Positions 13,967 through 26,945 of a stretch of DNA of 64,000 nucleotides are shown here, in pieces. The translations under genes and the position numbers were made by a program. Within the stretch, counting starts at the first letter, position 1; each line of letters begins with the position of its first letter. Source of the DNA: Callorhinchus milii (taxonomy: Eukaryota); contig NW_024704749.1 in NCBI RefSeq assembly GCF_018977255.1, positions 3,100,001 to 3,164,000 on the forward strand, given 5' to 3'. The notes below the pieces were generated by a model. It was not told the DNA's origin, searched no databases, and saw only the letters and a program-made list of their open reading frames with translations.

Positions 13967-14289
13967 TTAGGTACAACTGGATCTGGTGATGGTTTTTTCG
14001 AGCGGAATCGTCAGACTCTCGTGTTTGACCACACAGGAATACAGGTCGTGTGACTCCCACTCGGAGGTTGGCAGAGTCAGATAACTGCTCACACTGTACG
14101 TGTTGTCCGCCTGCTGTTTGATCGCACTCGTTTCAACACCTTGACTTCTGGCACTGCCATCCACAGTCCACTCGACCTCCACAGCTCCCGGGATAAAATC
14201 ATTCACCAGACACACCAGGGTCGCCTTGCTCTTTGCTGTGATTTGATCTGGTGAAGGCGGAAGGACAGTCACCGAAGGGCCCTGTGGGT
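13967..14289 (-). CDS. Ig lambda-type constant exon C2 of the complete unit B gene
   Basis: Acceptor ttccag precedes 14289. Phase-compatible with J donor at 16018. Ends KHESLTIPLEKTITRSSCT*. AATAAA on minus at 13665-13660. Confidence 0.95.
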
Positions 14290-16018
14290 CTGGAAGGAAA
14301 AAAATAGTATTTCGATCATGTCCATTATATGATTAATTAAAATGGTTGAAATTTTATTTCTTAACATTTTAAAATTACAATCGTCCTGTTCAATCGCACG
14401 ACACAACTTCATGTTCGCTAATAACTATTACAATACAGTAATTCACTTTCGCGTAAAAGGTAAAACATTTTCTTGTCTATTGACATACCTTTCAATTGTG
14501 ACAAAGCCTATCTATATCAAGGGAACATTCAGTGCTGGGGTCACTACTGATAGACAAATGTCTGGGGGCTGCTCATCGTACACCGCTCATTATTATACAT
14601 ACTATCATTAGTTGGCGGGTGAGCGGTTAAATGAGGACAACACGTTCAAATATTCCCGCATTGAAGAAATAAAAGACAACAATTATCAGAAATAACAACA
14701 GTCACTATATACATATATCCTGTCACAGGGAATATGTGGTGGGAACACCTGATTGAAAGCGCAGTAAAACATTATTGTTAATTCTATCCTTTGTTTCCCT
14801 TCACAGAGGAGAGAACGTGCAGCAAATGGATATAAATATCTCGCTGAGTTTGCAACTGAACACCCCTTTCCTATTACCTCTGTGTAAATGTAAATACGCA
14901 TTATTCAGCTTTAAAACCAATTTTGCGCAAACTAACCTTCCTTGAGAAGGCAGATGTTAATCTTTGAACGATGTTGGGATGAGAAAAATCGCTATTCACG
15001 AATGTAGGTCGTTTGTTATTGATACATCAAAATGTGATTATCAATAAAATCAGAATATTAGAAATTCTCAAAATCAAATTGAATCTTTTTGGAGCGACTG
15101 TGACATACCGATAAACACAACAGTCAAATGCTTTCACCCCATCTATAAATAAACAATTCCATCATTGATGTTTCTTTACAGGCACCGACAGCAGATAATA
15201 ACAACGTGAACATATCTTTTGACCGAACACTGTACACAGAAAATCAATTCAGGAGCACAATCAGATTCCAATATTTCAATCGCTGCGCAGAGTAACTTCA
15301 CAAGTCTTCAATAATTCAGTTGGCACCGTATTTACTGAATTTAGTCCTAATAATAGCGCACCACCTTTAAAGTTAATACGTAGGTTGGGATCCCCTTAAC
15401 CTCACAACTAATAGGAAACCATAAAGTTAATTTCCAAGGGAGAAAATATATTTTGTGTGTTGAGCGGATTGAGCCGTCTCTCGGGCTGTGTCTTCTCTCA
15501 GTGTTGATAATATCTGAAGAATTACAGCCACTTGTGATGGAACCTGTGACATTACTGAGTTTTTGCTGTTCATTGCAATTGTGCTCACCTTGGTGACATG
15601 AAACACGGAATTGGCAGAAAATAAAACATTTTAAGAAATTCGAAAATATATCTGCGAAAAATGTTAAAATAGAAGCGTTTATTAACGGGAGGAATAATAT
15701 TTCCACGTCATACTATTCCTCTAACACTTTTTACCCATGTTGATTTTCTGCACTATCCGTCCTACTTCCTCACAGACTCTCAGTTAAACTCAGCATTCGC
15801 ATGTTTGATTCTTCAAAATATCCGATTTCCAAATAAAACGTTTATCATTGCGAAGATTATGGCCACATGGAAATATTACCAGAACAGAGTGAAACAGAAT
15901 CCAACACAAATAAAGATACATTTGTACTGTGGAACCTTTGAAGGAGAACCAGATTAATATAATTATGGAAAAGTCGAAACAACCACATGCAAAGATTACA
16001 ATGTCAAAGATCACTTAC

Positions 16019-16369
16019 TTTTCAAACTCAGCTTCGTCCCTTTACCGAAAAAGTAGTGATATGGACTGTTGCTATCCCCGGCACCACAGTAGTAATCGGC
16101 GGCGTCCTCCGGTTGCACACCGCTGATGGTTAAATACATGGCGTTGCTCGATGAGTCCACAGAACCAGTGAATCGATCAGGAATTCCCGGACCCATGGTG
16201 TCATCCTCATCCCAAACAAACAGAGGGGCGCCGTCAGGCTTCTGCTGGAACCAACTCACGAAGTAGCTGCCGATGCTGCCTCCGGACATGGTACAGGTGA
16301 TCTTGACGGTGTTTCCCGGGGAGGATGAGATGGACGATGGCTGAGTCAGGGTAACAGCTGCGGCTGTGC
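16019..16369 (-). CDS. Joined V-J exon, Ig lambda-type (type II) light chain
   Basis: Acceptor tgtttctccag, 351 nt in frame, donor gtaagt. GTAAAVTLTQPSSISSSPGNTVKITC...VSWFQQKP...GIPDRFTG...EDAADYYC-GAGDSNSPYHYF-FGKGTKLSLK. No RSS between V and J. Confidence 0.96.
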
Positions 16370-16459
16370 CTGGAGAAACAACAAGTCATAAATAGGTCAA
16401 ATTGTTAAACTGTACAGATTGGATGTAATTCAGATCGGTGCGGATTCCGCAGCGCGTAC

Positions 16460-16508
16460 CATGTAGACACAGGAGCAAAGCGGCCAAAACTCGGAGCCAA
16501 TTGCCCAT
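16460..16508 (-). CDS. Leader (signal peptide) exon of unit B light chain
   Basis: ATG at 16508, MGNWLRVLAALLLCLH+G, phase-1 donor GT at 16459. Leader 49 + VJ 351 + C 323 = 723 nt, a 240-aa ORF. Confidence 0.94.
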
Positions 16509-16631
16509 TGTGAGCAGTTTGATGAAGATCAGAGAGATGAGGGATGTTCCGGACAAAATCCACTTTTCTGCTTCTTTCTGAACTTCTCCTTAAGAACCAT
16601 CAGGTGATGTAAGTCCAATTAAATTCTTAAA

Positions 16632-16643
16632 TTATGCAAATCA
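16632..16643 (-). promoter_or_regulatory. Ig light-chain octamer/decamer promoter element
   Basis: TGATTTGCAT on minus (ATTTGCAT 16641-16634), ~125 bp upstream of the ATG. Followed by tcttaaggagaag, which is also present in the plus-strand gene promoter. Confidence 0.88.
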
Positions 16644-17319
16644 CCATCCAGGTTGCATCGTCCAATACGAGTCCTGGTTTCAAACAGCATACTGAAGATC
16701 ATGCAGATTTGAGCCATTTTATTGCCCATTTTCGAAAAGATATTTCATGGTAATATTGCATAACATTTCACCCTGAAGACTTTGATTGTATGAAGCTCAG
16801 TTTCATTTCCATTATGAAATAAAGATTTTTTAAATGGCACAAACTTAATTTTTTTACAGAATCATGGAAACGTCTTCCATTACATATCTTATTCAGATAT
16901 TTCATGGGTTTCTACCACGATCGCTTGCCATGTTTCACAGAGAATTATCTTGTTGAGGAGCTTGTTCTATGTTGGATAATTTGTTGGTGCAAATGTTTCA
17001 TCATTTCTTTCAGTTACAGATCACACATCTGACCCATTACAGACCTGCACAGAAAGTAACACTACAAAGCTGTTGCCAGGGTTACTCAAACTACAACAAC
17101 AACAACAACAACAAGATTCCATTTATTGAGCGCCTTTCACGTCGGGAGGACGTCCCAAGGCGCTGAAACTAAATATACGGATTATAGATTTTTGAAAATA
17201 TAAATTCCCCAAGTCTTCCTTCGGCAGAATATCAGATTGATTCACAGTCCTTTGATGCTTGAAGAAAACTTCTATCACGAAACATTATCAATGATGAAAA
17301 GAGCCATAGCTCTGTTTAT

Positions 17320-17644
17320 AAATAATAATAATAAAAATAATCCTTGCATTTGAAATAGCGACTTTTCACGTCTTTTAGATGTCTGAAAGTGCTTCACAGA
17401 ATACAATGTAAAGTGAATTGACTGTATATTTGTGGGCAAAGTGCAACAGCCAATGCTGTACACAAGAGCGTCCCACAAAGAGTCGTGGGTTGAAGCGACC
17501 AATTTATTGTTGTTCTTTTCTTAAGGGATCATTATCAGGCGTGTGGATTAAGCAAACTTGCCCAAGGATTCGCCCTGCCGGGATTCGAACCCAGATCTCT
17601 CGCTTGCAAGGTAAGTGCTCTCACCACTGAGCTTCAGGACTCCA
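17320..17644 (-). mobile_element. SINE
   Basis: Full-length family match. Confidence 0.85.
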
Positions 17645-17964
17645 GCCAGGAAGATATCTCCACATTTAGAGATAGGTGTTGATGATATAAAATTGACATA
17701 GTGTTTGGCCTGTTTGTAACATTGAAGAGCAATGTCACAGATGACATACAAAGTGCCCAGGCCTTGGCTGTAGCTAACCTGTACCAAATACTTTCCAGAA
17801 TCAGGAAATTGGTTTGACACAAAGAGGCGCTATGGAATTCCATCCCAGTCACAAGGAAATTGCCGTGTAAATGTGGCAAAAACACATCGCCGAGAGAATG
17901 TTACTGAGGCTGTAGTTTGTTATTCCCCCACCCTCCACACACACGCACACACAGATAGACATAT

Positions 17965-18469
17965 GTGGAGTCCTGTAGCTCAGTGGTTGAGCACTCGCTT
18001 TGCAAGCGAGAGACCTGAGTTCAATTCCAGGCAGAGGGCGAAACCTTGGGCAAGTTTCCTTACTCCACACAGAGCCTAATAATAATCCATCCAAAACCAA
18101 AAACAATAATAAATTGGTCATTTTCAATCCATGACTGTTTGTGGGACATTGCTGTGCGCAATTGGCTGCCGCGTTCGCCCACAAAAATATACAGTCAATT
18201 CACTTTACAGTGTGTTCTGTGAAGCGCTTTGAGATGTCCTCCCGACATGAAAAGCGCTATATCAAATGCAAAGATTATTATTATTTATTATAAATTGGTC
18301 ATTTTCAATCCATGACTGTTTGTGGGACATTGCTGGGCGCAATTGGCTGCCGCGTTCGCCCACAAATATACAGTCAATTCACTTTACAGTGTGTTCTGTG
18401 AAGCGCTTTGGGACGTCCTCCCGACGTGAAAAGCACTATATCAAATGCAAGGATTATTATTATTATTAT
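17965..18469 (+). mobile_element. SINE with tandem duplication of its 3' half
   Basis: Full copy 17965-18290, then a second aaattggtcattttcaatcc...(ATT)n segment 18291-18469. Confidence 0.88.
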
Positions 18470-18498
18470 ATTTTAGTTTGTTTGGGCTATTTGATGCT

Positions 18499-18813
18499 TA
18501 ATAATAATAATCCTTACATTTGATATATCGTTTTTCAGGTCTTCTAGACTTCTCAAAGCACTTCACAGAATAGACTGCAAAGTGAATTGACTTTATATTT
18601 GAGGGGAAATGTGGTAGCCAATTGCACGCAGCAATATCCCACAAACAGTCATGGTTTGAAGTGACTCATTCATTTTTGTTTTGTTTTCTTGAGGGATTAT
18701 TACCAGGCATGTGGAGTAAGGAAACTTGTCAATGTTTCACCCTGCCGGGAATCAAACCCAGGTCTTTCGCTTGCAAACACAAGTTCTCTAACTACTGAGC
18801 TACAGGACTCGAC
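18499..18813 (-). mobile_element. SINE, older (shared with unit A remnant 5921-6025)
   Basis: Family match. Its head and flank are paralogous to 5921-6100. Confidence 0.85.
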
Positions 18814-20892
18814 TTATTTTATTTTCTGCCAAGAGGATTTTCCTGGAGACACTCATGGATGGAAAAAAATAGGTTTAAGTAGGCACTGCAAACGAGTGAC
18901 CGGAAGTTTTGCTTCGATATCTTCACACAAAAATCCAGTCAGCACTCTGATAACATTCCCCACCTGGTTTTACATTATATTTTGTTTATTTTAACCACCA
19001 TACTGGCTAGAGGCTGTATTGTGTGGAAAGGTGTACACTTTGGTATATTCATAAATTTCCAATCAAATCTTAGATAATATCAGATACCATTGTTCTCTTC
19101 TTACCTTGGAAAAAAAACTCATACAAAATATATTTCTAATGAAGGTTGGCATCCACATGTTTAAGTAAACCAGAATGAATTGCAGCACCTCTGTCTTATT
19201 TTGTTCTATAATACTTGAGATTTTTGACCCCAACCTCTGGAACTCCATTCAGGAATCTCTTCCCCTTGCCCTGCCTTCCGTCCATGAAGCTTAATTTCAA
19301 CTCCTTTCTCTTTGACTGTGCCTTGGTCATCCTTCCACCCATCCCCCTTGATTACAATCGCAGCTTGGGTGGAAATGCTTGACTGTCCAGCACATTGCTG
19401 CATCATCCCAACATGAAACACACTACACAAATATATTTTTTTCATGCAGTTGTCTGTCATTATCAGTGCCTTATTGTATGGTGGAGTGCTTGCCATTATG
19501 CTTCACCTAATTTTGACAGTCAAAAGTATATCGTCTTGGAGCCATCTCATCTCAAAGGGTCCCCACTAACTTCACTTCTATCCCACCCCTCCTCCCGCCG
19601 GAAGGATTGACATGAGATGGAGATTCAGCATCTAACAAGCGCCGTTTTCGACATTCATTGGGTGAACAGCTGATACCAGAAACTCCATGTGAGTCTCTGT
19701 ATTACCGTGTGAAACTCTTGAAAGTATCACTACCATCCTCCTGACACAGCCATGTTAACCGTCATAATTTAGTGTACACAACCTGATAAAATTAAAGTTC
19801 TAACATGCATATACCTGTAGGTGTCAACAAACAGGATATCCTATAGTAATTAATTGATACGATCTTATATCAAATTGAACATCTGTCATGATTTATATCG
19901 AATAATCCAGGGCTGACATTGTTGAGGGCAGTGGTGCATAATCAGAGTTTTCATTGTTTGAATAAAATGTAAACCAAGTTCTTGTTTCTTCGGGTAGACA
20001 TAAAGTCATTAATTGAAAAGCAAAAGAACTTAGTTCTACATCAGATCAATTAGTTTTTCAATTCTTGATTCAACAACAACCAAACTTCTACATATATAAT
20101 GCCCTACAAGCAGGGTAGCATTTCGGTGAGCTTGAGTTCTTGTGCTGCCAAGTTGCTGCTGCTAATATCTACTGTATTTCGCTGCAAAAAACAGTCACTA
20201 CACTTAGCAACAACGTGAGTTGCTTTTCTAAGAGCAATAGAAATGAAACACACTCATTCACAATTGTTGCCTCTGTGAGAGTGAGGAAACTGTTTTATTT
20301 ATTGTGAGACAGTGCCCTCTACGGATCGAGTGTTTGAGTTGAACATGATTCTCCTGCTCCTCACCCTGATCCTGTCCACATCTGGTCTGTCACAATGTAC
20401 GAATACTTGGGTAGAAATACAAGACGGATCTCTGTTAATGTGAAAGTTTGCAGAGATTGTGAAATTCATATTTAACTTTCAGAACCGCTTTCTGTTGTTC
20501 AATCAGACCCAGGTGGAATTTCTACTCAATTATTTACAAAGAATGAATTCAGAAATGTTCACAGAAGTGGATACCTTTATTTTGCATATAAACAGGATGA
20601 GGAGCAATATACTCCGAATAAAAAACAGAAAAATGTGGTTATCACATTGATGAAAAGCAAAAACGACTTTCATCTAAATAGCGCACTTTATGCGGGCAAT
20701 CTCTCGGATTCCTTTACATGGATGGCGTTGGACACCGAATAAGGGAATTATGAAACGATTAGCAAGAAATATGTTTAATGCACATTCATCAAAACAAAGC
20801 ACCGCAAATTTATCATTTAAGTGGCGAAATAATTGATGCATTCTTTCTTGAGTTTCATATTTTTTCGAAAAAAAAGGCACAATCAACGTCAT

Positions 20893-23828
20893 CAGAAACC
20901 TGGCTCACCCCAGGCGACACCTTCCCCCTCACGGAGGCCACACCACCCGGCTACACCTCCCACCACATCCCCCGCCCCAACCGCCGTGGCGGTGGTGTTG
21001 CCCTTATCTCAAGGACACCACTTGCCCTATCCCCTTACTCCACTGGCTCTTTCCCCTCCTTTGAGCACCTCACCCTCTCCCACCCCTCATTCCTCTCCCT
21101 TAAAATCCTCCTCCTCTACCGGCCCCCTAAAACCTCTCCCACCTTCATCTCTGACATTTCAACACTCCTCACATCTCTTTGCCTCTGCTCTGATCGCCTC
21201 ATCATCCTGGGCGACTTTAACCTACACTTCACCCCTCCTGCTCCATCTCCACAGACTTCTCTTCCCTGCTCTCCTCACTCAACCTCTCCTTACACATAAA
21301 CTCCCCCACTCACAGTCACGGCCACCCACTCGATTTGGTGATCACCCGGGGCCTCAGTGTCTCGGATGTCACTATTACCGACAAGGCCATCTCTGACCAC
21401 TACTTCATCTCCTTCACCACCTCCACCCCCTCCCCACCTCCACCAGACCCACCACCATCTTCTACCGCCCTTGGAAGAAGTTAACCCCACAATCCCTAAC
21501 CGATGCCTTGGAGTCCTCTGAACTCCTCTCCCTCTGGCCTTCAACCCTCACCGACCCCTCTTCTCCTCTCTCCCTCCTCCACAATACCCTCTCCTCCACA
21601 CTCGATACTCTTGCCCCCATCACTTCCCGCACTGTCTCCTACTCCCGCTCCTCCCCCTGGTACACCACCCACCTCCGCTCACTGAAAAGCCAGGTGCGGG
21701 CTGCTGAACGCACCTGTGTCAAATCTGGCCTAACGGTCCACCGACAAATCTGGCTGGACCTCCTCAAAATTTACCGCTCCACTCTAGCCTCGGCCAAGTC
21801 GTCCTTCTACTCCAGGATAATCCTGGAGGCGAAGAACAACCCCAGGCTACTGTTTTCCACCACAACCCGACTCCTCCGTCCCCCCCGCCACCCCGCGCAG
21901 GTCATCTCCTCCAACCTTCACTGCGAGGAGATGCTGGATTTCCTTGAATCCAAGATCAAGGGAATTCGCTCCGCGGTCACTTCCCCTCCAACATCCACCA
22001 ACCCCCCACCCCCTCCCTCCCACACTCCGACTCCTACCCATCCTCCCCTACTCACTTTTGTACCCGTTTCCCCACCCTCTGTCACCAAACTCATCCTATC
22101 CCTAAAACCAACCACCTGCTCCCTTGACCCCATCCCCACTCCACTCCTTATCTCCCAGCTCCACTTTCTTGCCCCACATATCACCGACATTATCAACCTG
22201 TCCCTCTCCTCTGGCTCTGTCCCCATTCCCTTAAAAACTGCCACCATCACGCCCACCCTGAAAAAACCCTCCCTTGATGCGTCGCAGCTATCAAGCTACC
22301 GGCCCATCTCCAACCTCCCCTTTCTCTCCAAGGTCCTGGAAAGAGTTGTCGCCTCCCAACTGCGCTCTTTCCTTTCCACCCATTCTCTTTTCGAACCCCT
22401 TCAGTCAGGTTTCCGTGCTGCCCATAGCACAGAAACTGCCCTGGTCAAGGTCACCAATGATATCCTGACCATCTGTGACCAGGGCTCCCTCTGTCTCCTC
22501 GTCCTCCTCGACCTATCGGCAGCATTCGATACGGTCGACCACGCTATCCTACTCCACCGCTTGTCCTCCCACCTCAACCTTCAAGGCACTGTCCTTGAAT
22601 GGTTTAGGTCGTACCTTTCTCACCGTCTTCACTTTGTCTCGACAAATGGCTTCTCCTCCACCCCCCGCACTGTCTCATGTGGTGTCCCTCAGGGCTCTGT
22701 CCTCGGTCCCCTCCTCTTCACCCTCTATATGCTCCCCCTTGGTGACATCATCCGCAGACATGGAGTTAACTTCCACATGTATGCGGATGACACCCAACTC
22801 TACCTTTCCTCCTCTACTCTCAACTCCACGACCACCGATGTCCTGACAGCTGCCTGTCCGACATCGAGTCCTGGACGAGAGACAACTTTCTTCAGCTCAA
22901 CGTGCGAAAAACCGAGGCCCTCCTGATTGGCTCACGTCAGCGCCTCCGCACCTCAGGCGCTGACACCATCAGCATCCAAGGCTGCACTCTCCACCTCTCA
23001 AAGCCAGTCAGGAACCTCGGCGTTTTGTTCGACCCTGAGCTGTCCTTTCTCCCTCACATCCGCACCACAACTGGCACCGCCTTCCATCACCTCCGGAACA
23101 TCGCCAGACTACGGCACTACCTCACCCCTCACGCTGCTGAAACCCTGGTCCACGCCTTTGTCACCTCAAGGCTGGACTATGGGAACTCTCTCCTCGCCGG
23201 CCTTCCCGCCACCTCCCTCCACAAGCTGCAGGTCATTCAGAACTCTGCAGCTCGTGTACTGTCCCGCACCAGGCTTCGGGACCACATCACTCCCACCCTC
23301 GCTCGCCTCCACTGGCTTCCCATCCCCCAGAGGATTGATTTCAAGATCCTCATCCTCACCTACAACGCCATTTACGGTCTTGCTCCCTCCTACCTCTCCA
23401 ACCTACTATCCCCCTACCTACCTGCCCGTATCCTCCGTTCCTCCGGCTCCGGTCTGCTCCACGTCCCCCGCCCCAATCGCCCTACCATCGGTGGTCGGGC
23501 CTTCAGCCTCTCAGCCCCTAGGCTCTGGAACTCTATCCCCCAGTGCCTTCGCCTTGCTTCCTCTCTCTCCTCCTTCAAGGCCGGTCTCAAAACCTTTCTC
23601 TTTGACCGAGCCTTCAGCTCCCCTCTCGACTCTCTTCCCCCTCCTCGCTCCCTCCCTTCCCTCCCCTCACCCTGACCATTTCCCCCCTCCTCGCTCCCTC
23701 CCTTTCCTCCCCTCACCCTGACCATTTCCCCCCTGCTCGGGTCGTGACCCAGCTGTGCAGCGCCTTGGGACGTCCTCCTGACGTGAAAGGCGCTTTATAA
23801 ATGGAATCTTGTTGTTGTTGTTGTTGTT
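20893..23828 (+). mobile_element. L2 LINE, ORF2 from APE (ETWL motif) to RT and 3' tail, frameshifted
   Basis: ETWL and ILGDFN endonuclease motifs. RT motifs [13 protein letters not shown] and YADDTQ. (TTG)n tail. TSD GTCAT at 20888-20892 and 23829-23833. Confidence 0.93.
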
Positions 23829-23889
23829 GTCATTGCAAAAATTTAAACAGAGTCTAAGAATAATGCAACATTTGTGCTGTCGATGCAAG

Positions 23890-24325
23890 TGTTAGCATAA
23901 GGCTGCAGAATTAACATACTTACAATGGGTCAAAATGGGTGAGAGGTCATGGAACATAAGGAGTCAGTACAAAGAAAGAGGTTTGAAGGAAACATATGAT
24001 TGGATATGTTAATAACGAATTGTAAATGACTGACAAGAGATTGGTGGAAAATATAGAGGGAGTGGAATGAGAGTATAAAGATAGGGAGAACAAAGAAGGA
24101 GAAGAAGGAAAAGATCGGAGGAGCACGAGGGAAGACTTGATGGAAGATCAAAAGCTTGAATACCCAGACAAGATAGATTTGAACCTCGGCAGCTGAACGT
24201 CTCGTCCCGCGGTAGCATTGGTTTGTTATAATCCCTCCATGGTGTAACGTTATAGAACTAGTAAAGTTTGGCTTAACAGATTTTGCCTAAACGGAATGCT
24301 GGGTGACCTTTCTTGATATCTAACA
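23890..24325 (+). mobile_element. Solo LTR (436 bp)
   Basis: Termini TGTTAG...CTAACA are perfect inverted 6-mers. 4-bp TSD CAAG. Empty site gatgcaagtacttcc in unit B at ~11819-11833. Internal ATTGG boxes, TATAAA and AGTAAA. Confidence 0.85.
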
Positions 24326-25440
24326 CAAGTACTTCCAGGTAATTGCACAAGGGATGCTTAAAGCCATAAAATAATACCTGAACATTTTCCTATTCTTTTA
24401 GAAATATTTATACTTGACTAAAACAAATCCTGAATGGTATTATTTATTGTAGGATTTATGTTTGATTTATTCTGCTACATATTTTCCACACTCAATTTGC
24501 AGATCGATGTATTTCCCGATCTTCCCGAGTTCCTTATTTGTTAACTTGCAATCACTTGGGATAGCCTCGCCACATCAATTCTACTACATGTAGATCCCAT
24601 TTTTGGTCCTTTATTATAATATCTGGTTTGTAACAGATGACTCTTCTATCTGTATGGTCTGATGAATACCACTATTAACATTATGATTAATATAAATATA
24701 TTGATGGTTTCTGCAGTTATAAACCCGACTGACCCCCCAAAAATACTCCTCTATGATTCCAGTGACTGTTGGGCTCAGAGGTGAGGCATTCTCACGTCAC
24801 AAGGTTGCCATCAGCTGAAATCTTTACAATGATGCTGATTTCAAAGGGAAAACAATACTTAAACATATATTATTACATTGCGATCGTTAAAGCGATTTCC
24901 TAAATATCCTTTTCTAAAAACGACACTTTATGCCGTATCAAAATGTATTCTCAGTGGGCTGCAGCTATTGTAGCCACCAAAATAAAATATAAAATGTTTC
25001 CAAAAATGGCGAAAATAACCTTTTTGAATCCTCTTCATAAAGAAAAATCGACATTTGCAGTTTTGACTTACAATTAGCGCATGATTCAGAATGCGTAACC
25101 ATGGATGTCGGAGCTGGTTGGTTCTGATAACCATTCATAACCATTAATAGATACAAATTCTCAGATTAAGAGAGTAGCATACTATATCTTGTAAATGTAG
25201 TAAACACTCCGCTTACTGTCGGTTGTGTTAAGTGATACAATAATCATTGGTTTTATTGGTTCCTTCAATTGGACTATTCATATCTAATGAATCAATTCTC
25301 TTGATTCAAACAAAAACACCGATTATTATATTGAAAAATTGTTGTAAACTACTCTACTATATCATTACCTGCTGCGAATGGGACATTGCAGATACGTTGT
25401 TCTCTAGTTATCCTCTTTTCATGATTCCAGTTAAATAATA

Positions 25441-26945
25441 CAAAGGCATTCAATAAAGTGCCACATAAAAGGTTGATCCACAAGATCAACCTTTTGTGGA
25501 GTCCTGTAGCTCAGTGGTTAGAGCATTCGCTTTGCAAGCGAGAGACCTGAGTTCAATTCCAGGCAGGTCAGGGCAAAACCTTGGGCAAGTTTCCTTACTC
25601 CAACTGCCTAATAATAATCCCTCCAAAACCAAAAACAACAATAAATTGATCATTTTCAATCTACGACTGTTTGTGGGACATTGCTGTGCGCAATTGGTTG
25701 CCGCGTTCACCCACAAAACAAATACAGTCAATTCACTTTACAGTGTGTTCTGTGAAGCGTTTTGGGAGTCCTCCCGATGTGAAAAGCGCTATATCAAATG
25801 CAAGGATTATTATTATTATTATTAAGATTACGGCCCATGGAATTAAGTGGAATATATTAGCATGGATTGAAGAATGGCTATCGGGAAGAAAACAAAAACT
25901 AGGGATAAAAGGGTCCTTCGCAGATTGACGGGATGTGACCAATGGATGCCACAAGGATCAATGCTTGGCCTCAACTATTTACAATCTACTTCAACGATCT
26001 AAATGAGGACATCAAACTTAATATATCTAAATTCGCAGATGACATTAAACTAGGAGGGAGAGTAAACACCAAGGATGATATTTAAAAAATGCAATGAGGT
26101 ATAGATAGGCTAGGTGAGTGGGCAAATAGGTGGCAGATGAAGTATAATGTAGGGAAGTGTGAGATCATCCACCTAGGTGGCAAACACAGTAGGGGGGATT
26201 ATTTTTTAGAAGGGGAGAAACTAGATAGTGTTAGCATTCAGAGGGACTTGGGTGTCCTTGTACACCAGTCACAAAAAGTTAGTTTGCAGGTACAGCAAGC
26301 AGTTAGGAAGCTAATGGTATGTTGTCATTTGTTACAAAAGTGGTAGAATATAAGAGTAGGGATGTCTTGCTGCAACTGTATATGGCACTGGTGAGACCAC
26401 AGCTAGAGTATTGTGTGCAGTGTTGGTCTCTTTATTTAAGAAAGGATGTACTCGCCTTGGAGGGGGTACCATGTAGATTCACTAGGTTGGCACCAGGGAT
26501 GAGAGGGATGAGTTATGAGGTAGGTTGAGCAATTTAGGCCTATATTCTCTAGAATATAGAAGAATGAGAGGTGATCTTATAGAAACCTATAAGATTATTA
26601 AGGGGCACGACAGAATGGATAGTGGAAGACTTTTTCCCCTGGTTGGAGAAACTATAACCAGTGGTCACAGTCTTATAATTAGGGGTAAGCCCTTTCGCAC
26701 TGAGTTGAGGAAAAACTTCACTCAGAGGGTAGTGAATGTATAGCATTCTCTACCCCAAAGGGCCGTAGATGCTCAGTCCTTGAACATATTCAAGACTGAG
26801 ATTGATAGATTTCTCTGTGGATAAAGCGATTAAGGAATATGGGGATAAAGCGGGTAGATGAGTTAGAATGCATCAGCCACAATCTTATTGAATGGTGGGG
26901 CTGAATGGCCTACTCCTGCTCCTAATTCTTAGGTTCTTATGTTCT
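25441..26945 (+). mobile_element. CR1 LINE 3' fragment interrupted by a SINE
   Basis: Starts caaaggcattcaataaagtgccacat (KAFxKVPH motif). YCVQCWS/RRMRGDLIE RT C-terminus. Tail ttcttatgttct. Confidence 0.85.
25496..25822 (+). mobile_element. SINE inserted in CR1
   Basis: Full-length head to (ATT)n tail. Confidence 0.88.

Larger units (their letters stand above)
9950..19215. repeat. Tandem segmental duplication unit B (complete V-J-C unit)
   Basis: Paralogous flanks to units A and C on both sides of the gene. Confidence 0.88.

Noticed and set aside
17965-18040. tRNA-like sequences at SINE heads (also 25496, 39113, 28466, 57745)
   Set aside because: A/B-box-like motifs and an anticodon arm are present, but there is no acceptor stem and each continues into SINE body. 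Not tRNA genes.
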